A stretch of DNA of 64,000 nt, taken from Anaerolineae bacterium. Lineage in GTDB: Bacteria > Chloroflexota > Anaerolineae > Anaerolineales > UBA4823. Under the pieces are notes generated by a model that worked only from the letters and a program-made list of their open reading frames with translations, was not told the origin of the DNA and did not search any database. The stretch lies in contig JBFYSV010000031.1 of assembly GCA_041301185.1 (NCBI GenBank), positions 1,102 to 65,101 of the forward strand, in the 5' to 3' direction. The translations under genes and the position numbers were made by a program. Positions 20,600 through 29,147 of the stretch are shown here, piece by piece. Position 1 is the stretch's first letter, and each line of letters starts with the position of its first letter.

Positions 20600-21160
20600 T
20601 CAATCTAACCAAACACTAACATTCTCTTTTACGCTTATAACCTTTTCCATTCGCCAGGCTGGCTCGATCACCTGTCTCCGATTACCAAATTCATCCAAAT
20701 AGGTCCAACGACCAGGTTCGGCTGATACCACACGATATCCATGGCGCTCATAGAGCTGCCTGGCTTGCTGATTGTCTCTTGCCACGTTCAAGCTCACGAT
20801 GCCATAACCCCGTTGCCTTAAGTCTGCCTCGGCAATCGCCAGCATCTGTGTACCAATACCCTGGCCCCGATAATAGGTTTGCACACGAAAACCATAGATA
20901 TAGGCACGGTGTGAGCCATCGGCTAGCTCTTCCCTGCCCGAGGTAAGCTGAACAAATAGCTGACCGATCACCCCTATACCTGGCAAATCTGCCAACCACA
21001 TAATCGCCTCCCCCCGCAAAGAGCTGTGGTAAATATCCTGGTATAGCAAGCGAAAATGGCTATACTCGCCATTCCATTCTAATGCGGGTAAATCGCTCCT
21101 GCTCGCCGTGCGGATCGTTATTTGACCTGCTAAGGGTAAAAGATTATATATTGCTACCAC
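20600..21160 (-). CDS. GNAT family N-acetyltransferase
   Basis: RGQGIGTQMLAIAEADLRQRGYG..ARQLYERHGY (acetyl-CoA binding motif). The GTG start shares 1 nt with the upstream stop (TAGTG). Confidence 0.8.
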   Translation of the reverse strand: MVAIYNLLPLAGQITIRTASRSDLPALEWNGEYSHFRLLYQDIYHSSLRGEAIMWLADLPGIGVIGQLFVQLTSGREELADGSHRAYIYGFRVQTYYRGQGIGTQMLAIAEADLRQRGYGIVSLNVARDNQQARQLYERHGYRVVSAEPGRWTYLDEFGNRRQVIEPAWRMEKVISVKENVSVWLD

Positions 21161-23835
21161 TAGGATTTTTCCTTCCGGTTACCAACAAGTTTTCCACGAC
21201 TACTGGCAATCAATTGATCTAGCATAACGGTCTCTTGTTCAACGGAGGTAATATCCCCGTCCAGCCAGGCTTCCCGCAACGCTTCCAGGATCCTCCTGTA
21301 AACGGGACCTGGGGGTATTCCCTGGATCTTCAAATCATATCCGCTGATGGTTGGTGAAATGTTCCTCCAAATTTGGACATAGCGTGTGATAATATCTCTT
21401 TGCGCTTGATCTTCGGTAGCATAAAACAAAGCATAAATTCCCAGTGGATGAACATCGCTGATACGAGAGGTAACAACAGAAGGCTTTTCATTCTCAATGC
21501 CTGGCATATTCTGCCAGAGATAAACGGTTGATTGGACCATACGCTTTAATTCTGTTGACAATTTTATGCGCTCGCTGATATTTCTGGCAACACCTGGCGA
21601 GAGACGCACCAGCCAGAGAATGTAAGCAATTTTGATGCGTTCTTCTAGCTCAATTTTCCCAATGAAATCCGTCCAATACATGTCTGGTAGCCCTGATAGG
21701 ATATCCTGAAACCGTTTCTCAAGCCACCCGTCCCACACTAGTTCCTTGTGGATAGCAGCCAGGATACCCAACTCCGACATCCTTGCCAGACTGGCGGTGG
21801 CGCGGTTCTCGGCAAGTATAATATTCAGCTCATGCCGAATTCTGTCGCCGGAGACCCGGTCCAGCAATGAAAGGGCTTCGGTCAATAATTCTAACGTACG
21901 TCCCTCGATCTGAAAACCAAAGCGTTGCTCAAAACGTACTGCTCGCAAGATACGCGTCGGGTCGTCAACAAAGGATATAGAATGCAATACTCGCACCAAA
22001 CCGTGGCGCAGATCAGCTAATCCCCCCCAATAATCATGCAGCTCACCATAATGGTTTCCATCCAGGCGCAAAGCGAGCGTGTTGATTGTAAAATCACGAC
22101 GGTGCAGATCGAGCTTGATACTTCCCCGTTCGACGGTTGGCAAGGCTGTAGGATAAGTATAAAATTCGGTCCGGGCGGAGACCAAATCTAACGTCTCGGG
22201 CAATTCATCCAGGCTGCCCCGTTTGATTACCTTATCAAGGTTCCTCACCTGGAGTTGGGTGTTCATTATCGCCCCAGGACGAAGGATCCATTTTGCTGTA
22301 CCGAACCGAGAATGGCTTGTAACCCTGCCTCCAAACCTGCGTGCCAGGCTCTTAGCCACAGCGATTGCATCCCCTTCAACAACCAGGTCGTAATCCAGGC
22401 TGGGGCGATCCAGTAAAAGATCTCGAACAAACCCTCCCACGATATAGACGGCGGCTTGCTGCTCATGGGCGATCTGAGCAACCACTTTAAGAAAATCTAC
22501 CACTGCTGCTGGTAAAGCTCGCTCGAGCCGGTCTACCAGGCTTTGCCGGCTGGGAATGCGTGCTGTAGGAGATAATGTCTTTAATAAATCTGTTCGGGTA
22601 ACAATGCCAATTATCTGACCGGATTCCGGTTGTACAACCGGCACCTGTCCCCAACCGGAATCTGTCATTAATTTCTGCAAATATTCGATCGAGTCGGTTG
22701 GACTGGCGGTATATTCCCCTGCATCCATGACTCTATCAACTGTCGGATTCATTTTATGGGATACTGCCCGATCTACCGCCCGCCTGGTGAGCAGCCCAAT
22801 TACCTTTCCGTCTCGTACCACAGGATATCCTTCGTGCCCGTAACGCTGCATCTGGCGAGCTGCTTCCTCCACCAATGTTATCGGTGAGAGAAGCTGAGGG
22901 CTGCGTGACATAATTTGCGACACAGTAATTGCAGCTCCAACATGGTCTGGCAATAGCTGGATCAGCTCATCATGGATATTTTCTAATTGCCGGTCTTTTA
23001 TCAACGCCGCGGCTGCCCGCTCATGCCCACCACCACCAAAGTTAGCTGCAATCCGGGAGACATCAATATTATCATTGCTCGAACGCGCAATAAGCTGGAC
23101 TCCGCTTCGCGTTAGGACCAATACAAATAACGCATCGGGATCCAGCAGGTCGCGCAGCTTGTGTGCAATTGTGGACAATTCTTCGTCGATCTTGCTGGCA
23201 TCTCCCCTGGCGAGGACAATGTTCTGCCCGTGGATATTATGGAATTCAGCGCTTGCTCGCAGCTGATCGTAGATTTCTTGTTGGTCTTTCGATAATGGGT
23301 GGTTTAAGAAATCTGTTGCAATTTGCAGGCTGGCCCCCTGCTCCAACAAATATCCAGCAGCCCGCAAATCCCGAGCAGTGGTTCGTGAATAGGTAAGCGA
23401 GCCTGTATCTTCATAGATTCCCAATAATAAGAGCGTGCTTTGTACTGTGTTGAGGATAACATCGTGCTCCCGGAGTGTCTCAACAAACATGGTTGTATTT
23501 GCCCCGGTTCCAGACACTGTCAAAATCCAATCGGGAGGTAGATCTTCGCGCAGAGGGTGATGATCAATCACGTGCACCTGGGTTGCAGGATTCATTCCTT
23601 TGACGCTACTTATAGATTGTGTATCGACAAGCTTGACCGAATCCACCGGCTCTCTGGGCAAATCGTCCGCGCTGATGAAAGGCAGATCCATGCCGTACAA
23701 CGTGAGAAAAGCACGCACATTGCGGTTCATCTTGCGAGGCTGGATAGGAATAAAAGTCTCGTCAAGCAAATAAGCGCCTAATTGCGAGGCAACCGCATCG
23801 AAATCAGCCTGTTCGTGCGTCAAAATGATCTTCAT
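21160..23835 (-). CDS. Fusion protein: DHH/DHHA1 phosphoesterase + CBS pair + tRNA nucleotidyltransferase (CCA-adding/poly(A) polymerase family)
   Basis: N-terminus HEQADFDAVAS..VIDHHP..FGGGGHERAAAA (DHH/DHHA1). The middle holds two CBS-like repeats. Then VYIVGGFVRDLLL..DYDLVV..RRDFTINTLA (class II nucleotidyltransferase head). 891 aa. Confidence 0.85.
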   Translation of the reverse strand: MKIILTHEQADFDAVASQLGAYLLDETFIPIQPRKMNRNVRAFLTLYGMDLPFISADDLPREPVDSVKLVDTQSISSVKGMNPATQVHVIDHHPLREDLPPDWILTVSGTGANTTMFVETLREHDVILNTVQSTLLLLGIYEDTGSLTYSRTTARDLRAAGYLLEQGASLQIATDFLNHPLSKDQQEIYDQLRASAEFHNIHGQNIVLARGDASKIDEELSTIAHKLRDLLDPDALFVLVLTRSGVQLIARSSNDNIDVSRIAANFGGGGHERAAAALIKDRQLENIHDELIQLLPDHVGAAITVSQIMSRSPQLLSPITLVEEAARQMQRYGHEGYPVVRDGKVIGLLTRRAVDRAVSHKMNPTVDRVMDAGEYTASPTDSIEYLQKLMTDSGWGQVPVVQPESGQIIGIVTRTDLLKTLSPTARIPSRQSLVDRLERALPAAVVDFLKVVAQIAHEQQAAVYIVGGFVRDLLLDRPSLDYDLVVEGDAIAVAKSLARRFGGRVTSHSRFGTAKWILRPGAIMNTQLQVRNLDKVIKRGSLDELPETLDLVSARTEFYTYPTALPTVERGSIKLDLHRRDFTINTLALRLDGNHYGELHDYWGGLADLRHGLVRVLHSISFVDDPTRILRAVRFEQRFGFQIEGRTLELLTEALSLLDRVSGDRIRHELNIILAENRATASLARMSELGILAAIHKELVWDGWLEKRFQDILSGLPDMYWTDFIGKIELEERIKIAYILWLVRLSPGVARNISERIKLSTELKRMVQSTVYLWQNMPGIENEKPSVVTSRISDVHPLGIYALFYATEDQAQRDIITRYVQIWRNISPTISGYDLKIQGIPPGPVYRRILEALREAWLDGDITSVEQETVMLDQLIASSRGKLVGNRKEKS

Positions 23836-23890
23836 AACATGAATATTTTACCTGACACCCTCGATTTCATGGCATAATTACCGTTCAGGA

Positions 23891-24094
23891 ATGGCAACAA
23901 CCGACGGTTTAGACACGCTCTGGGATCAGCTACTCTCGCGGGATATAGCTCGTATCCGGCTGGCATTCTCAGCCCTGAGCCCAGCTGAACAGGCAGCTGT
24001 CAGATCACATTTACAATCCATGGCTACGGAATCCGGGTGGCATGCCGAACAGTCCAGGTCTGCCCAAATTGCCCTCCAGGCGCTGGGAGAATAA
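23891..24094 (+). CDS. Small hypothetical protein (67 aa, predicted helical)
   Basis: ATG ORF 9 nt upstream of the MazG-like gene, with no recognisable motif. Coding status is inferred from its tight spacing in a 4-gene plus-strand series. Confidence 0.4.
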   Translation: MATTDGLDTLWDQLLSRDIARIRLAFSALSPAEQAAVRSHLQSMATESGWHAEQSRSAQIALQALGE

Positions 24095-24103
24095 AAAGAA
24101 TCT

Positions 24104-24400
24104 ATGGATATCAAAGAGCTAACCCAAGCCATGCACAATTTTGTCCAGAGTCAAGGTTGGTATGAGGCTGAAAGCACTAAGCCTCAAACTTTACGTAATC
24201 TTTCAATTTCGCTCAACCTTGAAGCGTCCGAAGTTCTGGAACATTTTCAATGGAGCGAAAACGTTTTTGTCATCCAGGATCTCTCAGAAGAACTGGCGGA
24301 TGTTGCCTTATACTTGCTACAAATTGCCAGCATCGCAGGGATAGATCTAGAAAAAGCGATCTTAGATAAACTTGATAAGAACTACCAGCGCACCTGGTAA
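24104..24400 (+). CDS. Small MazG-like nucleotide pyrophosphohydrolase
   Basis: 98 aa. EASEVLEHF (ExxE) and SEELADVALYLL (EExxD) are the all-alpha NTP pyrophosphatase motifs. Confidence 0.75.
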   Translation: MDIKELTQAMHNFVQSQGWYEAESTKPQTLRNLSISLNLEASEVLEHFQWSENVFVIQDLSEELADVALYLLQIASIAGIDLEKAILDKLDKNYQRTW

Positions 24401-24426
24401 CATCCTGATCGTAGCGAGGACTTTTT

Positions 24427-24969
24427 ATGAAGATAACCGTATTCGGTAGCTCGCATCCAAAACCCGGTGACCCTGCCTACGAAGAAGCACTCCAGTTAGG
24501 CAAGCTGCTCGGATCGGATGGTCATACTGTTCTTACTGGGGGGTATATTGGCACAATGGAGGCTGTGTCAAAAGGCGCAGCGTCTGCCGGGGCTCTCGTG
24601 ATTGGGGTTACCTGTGACCAGATCGAAGCCTGGCGCCCTGTGCGTCCGAACTCTTGGCTCATGGAGGAAAAACGGTACCCAACCCTTCCCGAACGGGTAA
24701 TTGCCCTGATCGAGGGTTGTGATGCTGCTTTTGGTCTACCCGGCGGACCAGGTACCCTGACAGAAATTGCGATGATGTGGAACCTTCTCCTTACCGATTC
24801 AATAACGCCTCGACCGTTGATCTTGATCGGTTCGGGCTGGTACGATACATTCCAGACTTTACTTTCCCGGCAAGGAGAATTCATACCAGAAAGTCAGAGA
24901 AGATGGCTCAGCTTCGCTCCGGATGTTCAGGCTGGGTATCAGTTATTAAACGGGCTTCGTCAAAGTTAA
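24427..24969 (+). CDS. LOG / TIGR00725-like Rossmann-fold protein (nucleotide N-glycosidase-like)
   Basis: TVLTGGYIGTMEAVSKGA and PGGPGTLTEI (PGGxGTxxE motif). 180 aa. Confidence 0.7.
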   Translation: MKITVFGSSHPKPGDPAYEEALQLGKLLGSDGHTVLTGGYIGTMEAVSKGAASAGALVIGVTCDQIEAWRPVRPNSWLMEEKRYPTLPERVIALIEGCDAAFGLPGGPGTLTEIAMMWNLLLTDSITPRPLILIGSGWYDTFQTLLSRQGEFIPESQRRWLSFAPDVQAGYQLLNGLRQS

Positions 24970-24988
24970 TGATCCCTGCGACTCTCGA

Positions 24989-25798
24989 ATGCCAGCCATA
25001 CAATTAGCCCATCTTCGCCAAAGGTGCGCCGCAATCGCAGATCATTTTGATCAACCAGATGTTGTGGTAAGCGATTTGCATGCACTCTTCAGCATATATG
25101 CGGATCGCACCCACCGTACAGGGCAAACCGGCGAGCCTCCACCATTGTTGCTCTCATACAATGTCCCTAAGCCTGTTCTTCGCCAGGTCCTGATAGAGAT
25201 CAGGCCACAAGTAACCAACAATCGCACGGCTGCATTCCAACTCTGCGATCTGCTTTGGAGAGAAGAGTACTATGAGATGCGGTTATTAGCCACACAGGTC
25301 CTTGGACTGATCGCCCCCCTTCCTCCTGATCCAATTCTAGATCGGGTAGTCGGGTGGATAAAATCGACTCCAGATGAGCAATTTCAAAGAGTAATTCTCG
25401 AGCAGGCTCTCAACAGTTTGCGAGCAGAGAATCCCGAGCGATTAATTACCCAAACTAATGAATGGCTGGCAAATCCAGACTTTAAAATCATAAAGATGGG
25501 ATTGATGGCATTAAATCCCCTCATCACTTCAAGCGAGTACGCAAATATCCCCATTTTTTACCGGTCAATCACACCGTTTGTTCGATCCTTACCCTCCCCG
25601 CTGCGAGAAACTGTCCGGGAAACCATCGAAAGTCTGGCTAAGCGATCCCCCAAAGAGACTGCTCATTTTCTTCGCCAGCACCTGATGATTACAGATAACC
25701 AGGATGCAGCATGGTTGACACGACAATGTATTGAATTTTTCCCCGCCGAGCTTCAAGAATCACTGCGCAGTTTGCTGCGCGCAAGTCCCAAAAATTAG
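24989..25798 (+). CDS. HEAT-repeat protein, possibly of the AlkD-like DNA alkylation repair family
   Basis: 269 aa, all-helical repeat character (..EEYYEMRLLATQVLGLIAP.., ..WLANPDFKIIKMGLMAL..). The family assignment is from memory and is weak. Confidence 0.4.
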   Translation: MPAIQLAHLRQRCAAIADHFDQPDVVVSDLHALFSIYADRTHRTGQTGEPPPLLLSYNVPKPVLRQVLIEIRPQVTNNRTAAFQLCDLLWREEYYEMRLLATQVLGLIAPLPPDPILDRVVGWIKSTPDEQFQRVILEQALNSLRAENPERLITQTNEWLANPDFKIIKMGLMALNPLITSSEYANIPIFYRSITPFVRSLPSPLRETVRETIESLAKRSPKETAHFLRQHLMITDNQDAAWLTRQCIEFFPAELQESLRSLLRASPKN

Positions 25799-25818
25799 TG
25801 CCGGATAGCGCCTCATTG

Positions 25819-25827
25819 TGGTATAAT
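25819..25827 (+). promoter_or_regulatory. Extended -10 promoter candidate for rpsO
   Basis: TGGTATAAT (TGnTATAAT) with TATAAT at 25822-25827. It would leave a ~110-nt leader before rpsO. Confidence 0.45.
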
Positions 25828-25945
25828 CTGCCCGCTTTGACTAGCCCTGTCCGCGGCTCTACTTCCGGGAGATGATAACTGGTTGAGATAGTGAGCTGTT
25901 GATATGGAGACCTGCAAAATATATGTAAAGGAGTAAGCAGACGTC

Positions 25946-26218
25946 ATGTCAATCGATAAAGAAACGAAAAGCAAGTTGATGGAGGAATACTCCCGCCATC
26001 CAAATGACACTGGATCCCCTGAGGTGCAGATTGCGATCTTAACCAATCGCATTATTACCCTCACCGACCACTTGCGCACTCACAAACAGGACGAGTCTTC
26101 GCGGCGCGGCCTGCTCAAGATGGTCGGCCAACGCCGTAGATTGCTATCCTATATCCGCCGGAAAGACTTTCAGCGGTATATGGCATTGACTGAGGCGCTC
26201 AATATCCGCCGCAAATAA
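25946..26218 (+). CDS. rpsO: 30S ribosomal protein S15
   Basis: [46 protein letters not shown]. 90 aa. Confidence 0.95.
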   Translation: MSIDKETKSKLMEEYSRHPNDTGSPEVQIAILTNRIITLTDHLRTHKQDESSRRGLLKMVGQRRRLLSYIRRKDFQRYMALTEALNIRRK

Positions 26219-26222
26219 GAGT

Positions 26223-26374
26223 AGTGCCCCGGAGCATCGCTGCAGCCTGCTCCTGGCACTTCGCACAACGATGGAGATTTCTCTCGGGGGTGAGCAGCTT
26301 GCTCCCATGCTCGCCGTAACAGGTGAGAATAGATCAAACTAAACAGGATCAGTGACTGCACATCACTGGTCCTG
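26223..26374 (+). promoter_or_regulatory. Structured rpsO-pnp intergenic leader (two long hairpins)
   Basis: Hairpin 1 spans 26223-26260 (6+6 bp with an internal loop). Hairpin 2 spans 26344-26374 (12 bp including one G-U). Neither has a U-tract. The position matches the pnp leader, which is processed by RNase III in other bacteria. Confidence 0.45.
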
Positions 26375-26505
26375 ATTGAGTCGTTTATCCCAATTTTTAT
26401 GACCCACCGGTTAGGTATTGAAAGCTGGCGACAACCAACAACTCCATGACTTGGGTTGTCGATAACTTTCAGTCCCTGACTGAGTGGGTGGCATCAGGAG
26501 AAAAC

Positions 26506-28713
26506 ATGAAACCAGAAGTCAGTAAGTATTCGGTCGCCATTGGCACCAAAAACTTCCTGTTTGAAACCGGTCACCTGGCCGGACAAGCCGGAGGAGCGAT
26601 CACCTTAAGGGTGGGAGACACGATGATCTTTGCCTCAGCGACGATGAGCGCAGAGACTCGCCCAAATATCGATTTCTTCCCTCTGACCGTTGATTATGAA
26701 GAGCGAATGTATGCCGGCGGCCGCATTCCAGGCTCGTTCTTTCGCCGTGAGGGACGCCCAACCGAAGAGGCCATCCTCACCGCTCGTCTCACTGACCGTC
26801 CGTTACGCCCACTCTTCCCAAAAGATTTGCGCAACGACGTTCAAATTATCCTTTACTCATTCTCCACCGACGGTGAAAACCCCATCGATATCCTGGCCGT
26901 CAATGCTGCCTCGGCTGCCTTGATGATCTCTAATATCCCCTGGGGCGGACCGGTGGCGGCAGTCCGGATTGGCTTGATCGAGGGTGAATTTGTAGTCAAC
27001 CCGACCTTCGCTGATATGGAATACTCCGACCTCGATTTGCGCATAGCTGGAACACGGGATGCTATCCTGATGGTAGAAAGTGGCGCCAATGAGATCAGCG
27101 AACAGCAAATGGTGGAAGCTCTGGAATTCGGTCATCAGGCTATCCAGCCTATGATCGATATTCAGGAAAAGATGGCAGCTGAGATTGGTAAGCCGAAATC
27201 GACCTACCAGCCTTTCGTCATCGACGATGCATTACAAGCAAGCATCGCCACCCGAGCAGCCACAGAGCTTCATGCCCTGTTAGATCAACCATATCTCAAG
27301 GCTCAGCGCAATGAAGAGATCGATGGTCTGCGAGACCAGTTCATTCAGGAGTTTGCTGGGGAGGATGAAACGAAGGTAAGGCTGGTAAAAGACGTTTTCG
27401 AAAACGTGCTGAAAACTGTGGTGCGCCAGCGAATCCTCGAAAACGGAATCCGGCCTGATGGCCGAGATTATACATCCATACGCCCGATCTGGTGCGAGGT
27501 GGATGTCAGCCCACGCGCCCACGGTTCTGGTCTATTCACCCGAGGCGAGACCCAGGTCATTACCCTGGCAACCTTAGGAACACCGAGAGAGGCGCAGGAG
27601 CTCGACAGCCTGTCCCCCTCCGAAAGTAAGCGATATATTCACCACTATAATTTCCCACCCTTCTCTACCGGTGAAGTTAAAATGTTGCGGGGTGCCTCGC
27701 GGCGCGATATCGGGCACGGCGCCCTAGCGGAACGTGCCTTGCTTCCAGTGATCCCGCCAGAATCCGATTTCCCGTACACGATGCGCCTGGTATCCGAAGT
27801 GCTCTCCTCCAATGGATCATCCTCGATGGCTTCGGTTTGTGGCTCAACCCTCGCCTTGCTAGACACCGGTGTGCCGATCAAGGCACCGATCGCCGGCGTT
27901 GCTATGGGGTTGGTCAAGGAGGGTGAGAAATATGCCATCCTGACGGATATCCTTGGAACCGAAGATCATCTCGGAGATATGGACTTTAAAGTTGCTGGTA
28001 GCAAGGACGGCATCACTGCCCTACAGATGGACATCAAGATCAAAGGGATCACTTCCAGCATCATGTCCCAGGCACTCGAACAAGCGCGAATCGCGCGCCT
28101 ATCGATTTTGGAACAAATGTTATCCGTTATACCTACCCACCGACCTGCCCTGAAACCCCACGCTCCGCGAATCACCGTCGTCAAGATCCCTGTCGATAAG
28201 ATTGGAGCAGTCATTGGACCCGGCGGCAAGACGATCCGCAGTATTCAAGATGAAACTGGTGCAAAAATTGATATCGGTGAGGATGGTTCGGTATTTATCG
28301 CTACGAGTGACGGCGAAAAAGCCAGGCGAGCAGTAGAACGGATTGAAGCGCTGACCGAAACCCCCGTTGTAGGCAGAATTTATACCGGGCGCGTGGTCCG
28401 AACTACTGATTTTGGTGCATTCGTCGAGATCCTGCCTGGAATCGACGGAATGGTGCACATTTCTCAGCTGGATAGCGAGCGCATTGAGCGCGTTGAGGAT
28501 ATTGCCCGCCTGGGTGATGAGTTAACCGTCATGGTAACTGATATCGACCCTCAGGGTAAGATCAGGCTTTCCCGGCAAGCCGTCCTGGAAGGCTGGTCAG
28601 TTGATGAAGCCAAGGCACGCGACCGGCGCAGTGGACCGGGCGGAGGAGGCTCAAAAGGTGGACAGCGCTCCGGCAGGCGTCCCCCATCCGGTCAGTCCCA
28701 TAACCGCAGGTAA
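26506..28713 (+). CDS. pnp: Polyribonucleotide nucleotidyltransferase (PNPase) with a Gly/Arg-rich C-terminal tail
   Basis: Two RNase PH domains, then KH (IGAVIGPGGKTIRSI) and S1 (GRIYTGRVVRTTDFGAFVE). ATG 26506 has AGGAG upstream. The listed ORF starts 60 nt earlier. Confidence 0.95.
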   Translation: MKPEVSKYSVAIGTKNFLFETGHLAGQAGGAITLRVGDTMIFASATMSAETRPNIDFFPLTVDYEERMYAGGRIPGSFFRREGRPTEEAILTARLTDRPLRPLFPKDLRNDVQIILYSFSTDGENPIDILAVNAASAALMISNIPWGGPVAAVRIGLIEGEFVVNPTFADMEYSDLDLRIAGTRDAILMVESGANEISEQQMVEALEFGHQAIQPMIDIQEKMAAEIGKPKSTYQPFVIDDALQASIATRAATELHALLDQPYLKAQRNEEIDGLRDQFIQEFAGEDETKVRLVKDVFENVLKTVVRQRILENGIRPDGRDYTSIRPIWCEVDVSPRAHGSGLFTRGETQVITLATLGTPREAQELDSLSPSESKRYIHHYNFPPFSTGEVKMLRGASRRDIGHGALAERALLPVIPPESDFPYTMRLVSEVLSSNGSSSMASVCGSTLALLDTGVPIKAPIAGVAMGLVKEGEKYAILTDILGTEDHLGDMDFKVAGSKDGITALQMDIKIKGITSSIMSQALEQARIARLSILEQMLSVIPTHRPALKPHAPRITVVKIPVDKIGAVIGPGGKTIRSIQDETGAKIDIGEDGSVFIATSDGEKARRAVERIEALTETPVVGRIYTGRVVRTTDFGAFVEILPGIDGMVHISQLDSERIERVEDIARLGDELTVMVTDIDPQGKIRLSRQAVLEGWSVDEAKARDRRSGPGGGGSKGGQRSGRRPPSGQSHNRR

Positions 28714-28736
28714 ATCGGTCTGCTAATACGACTATC

Positions 28737-28779
28737 AGATAGGGTTCCAGGAGAGATCGTTGCCTGTTGAACCCTATCT
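28737..28779 (+). terminator. Hairpin after pnp
   Basis: AGATAGGGTTC - 21 nt loop - GAACCCTATCT, a perfect 11-bp stem, followed by TTGATTAAT. Confidence 0.5.
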
Positions 28780-28818
28780 TGATTAATGGCCTGATAACAG
28801 GATGGACTAGGAGATGCA

Positions 28819-29145
28819 ATGTATTTCTATGACCCCAAGAGTAGAGAATCTAAAGAAATAGCAGCGGGCATCCATGGGCGCACATTTTGGGGCAGCAATC
28901 TTATGATGGCTGTAGTTGATCTGGATGCAAACGCCGTCCTGCCTAGCCATACTCACCCCCATGAACAAGGTGGGATCGTCATTTCGGGAGAAGTGGAGTT
29001 AACCATAGATCGCGAAACGCGGAAATTATCCCCCGGTGATATCTACATTATCCCTGGTGGCGTCGAACACAGCGCCAGGACTGGATCACAACCCGCCCAG
29101 CTGCTGGATATTTTTGCACCCGCCCGTGAAGACCTAAAATATTAA
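28819..29145 (+). CDS. Cupin domain protein
   Basis: HTHPHEQGGIVISGEVEL..PGGVEHSA (two-His cupin motifs). 108 aa. Confidence 0.8.
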   Translation: MYFYDPKSRESKEIAAGIHGRTFWGSNLMMAVVDLDANAVLPSHTHPHEQGGIVISGEVELTIDRETRKLSPGDIYIIPGGVEHSARTGSQPAQLLDIFAPAREDLKY

Positions 29146-29147
29146 TT

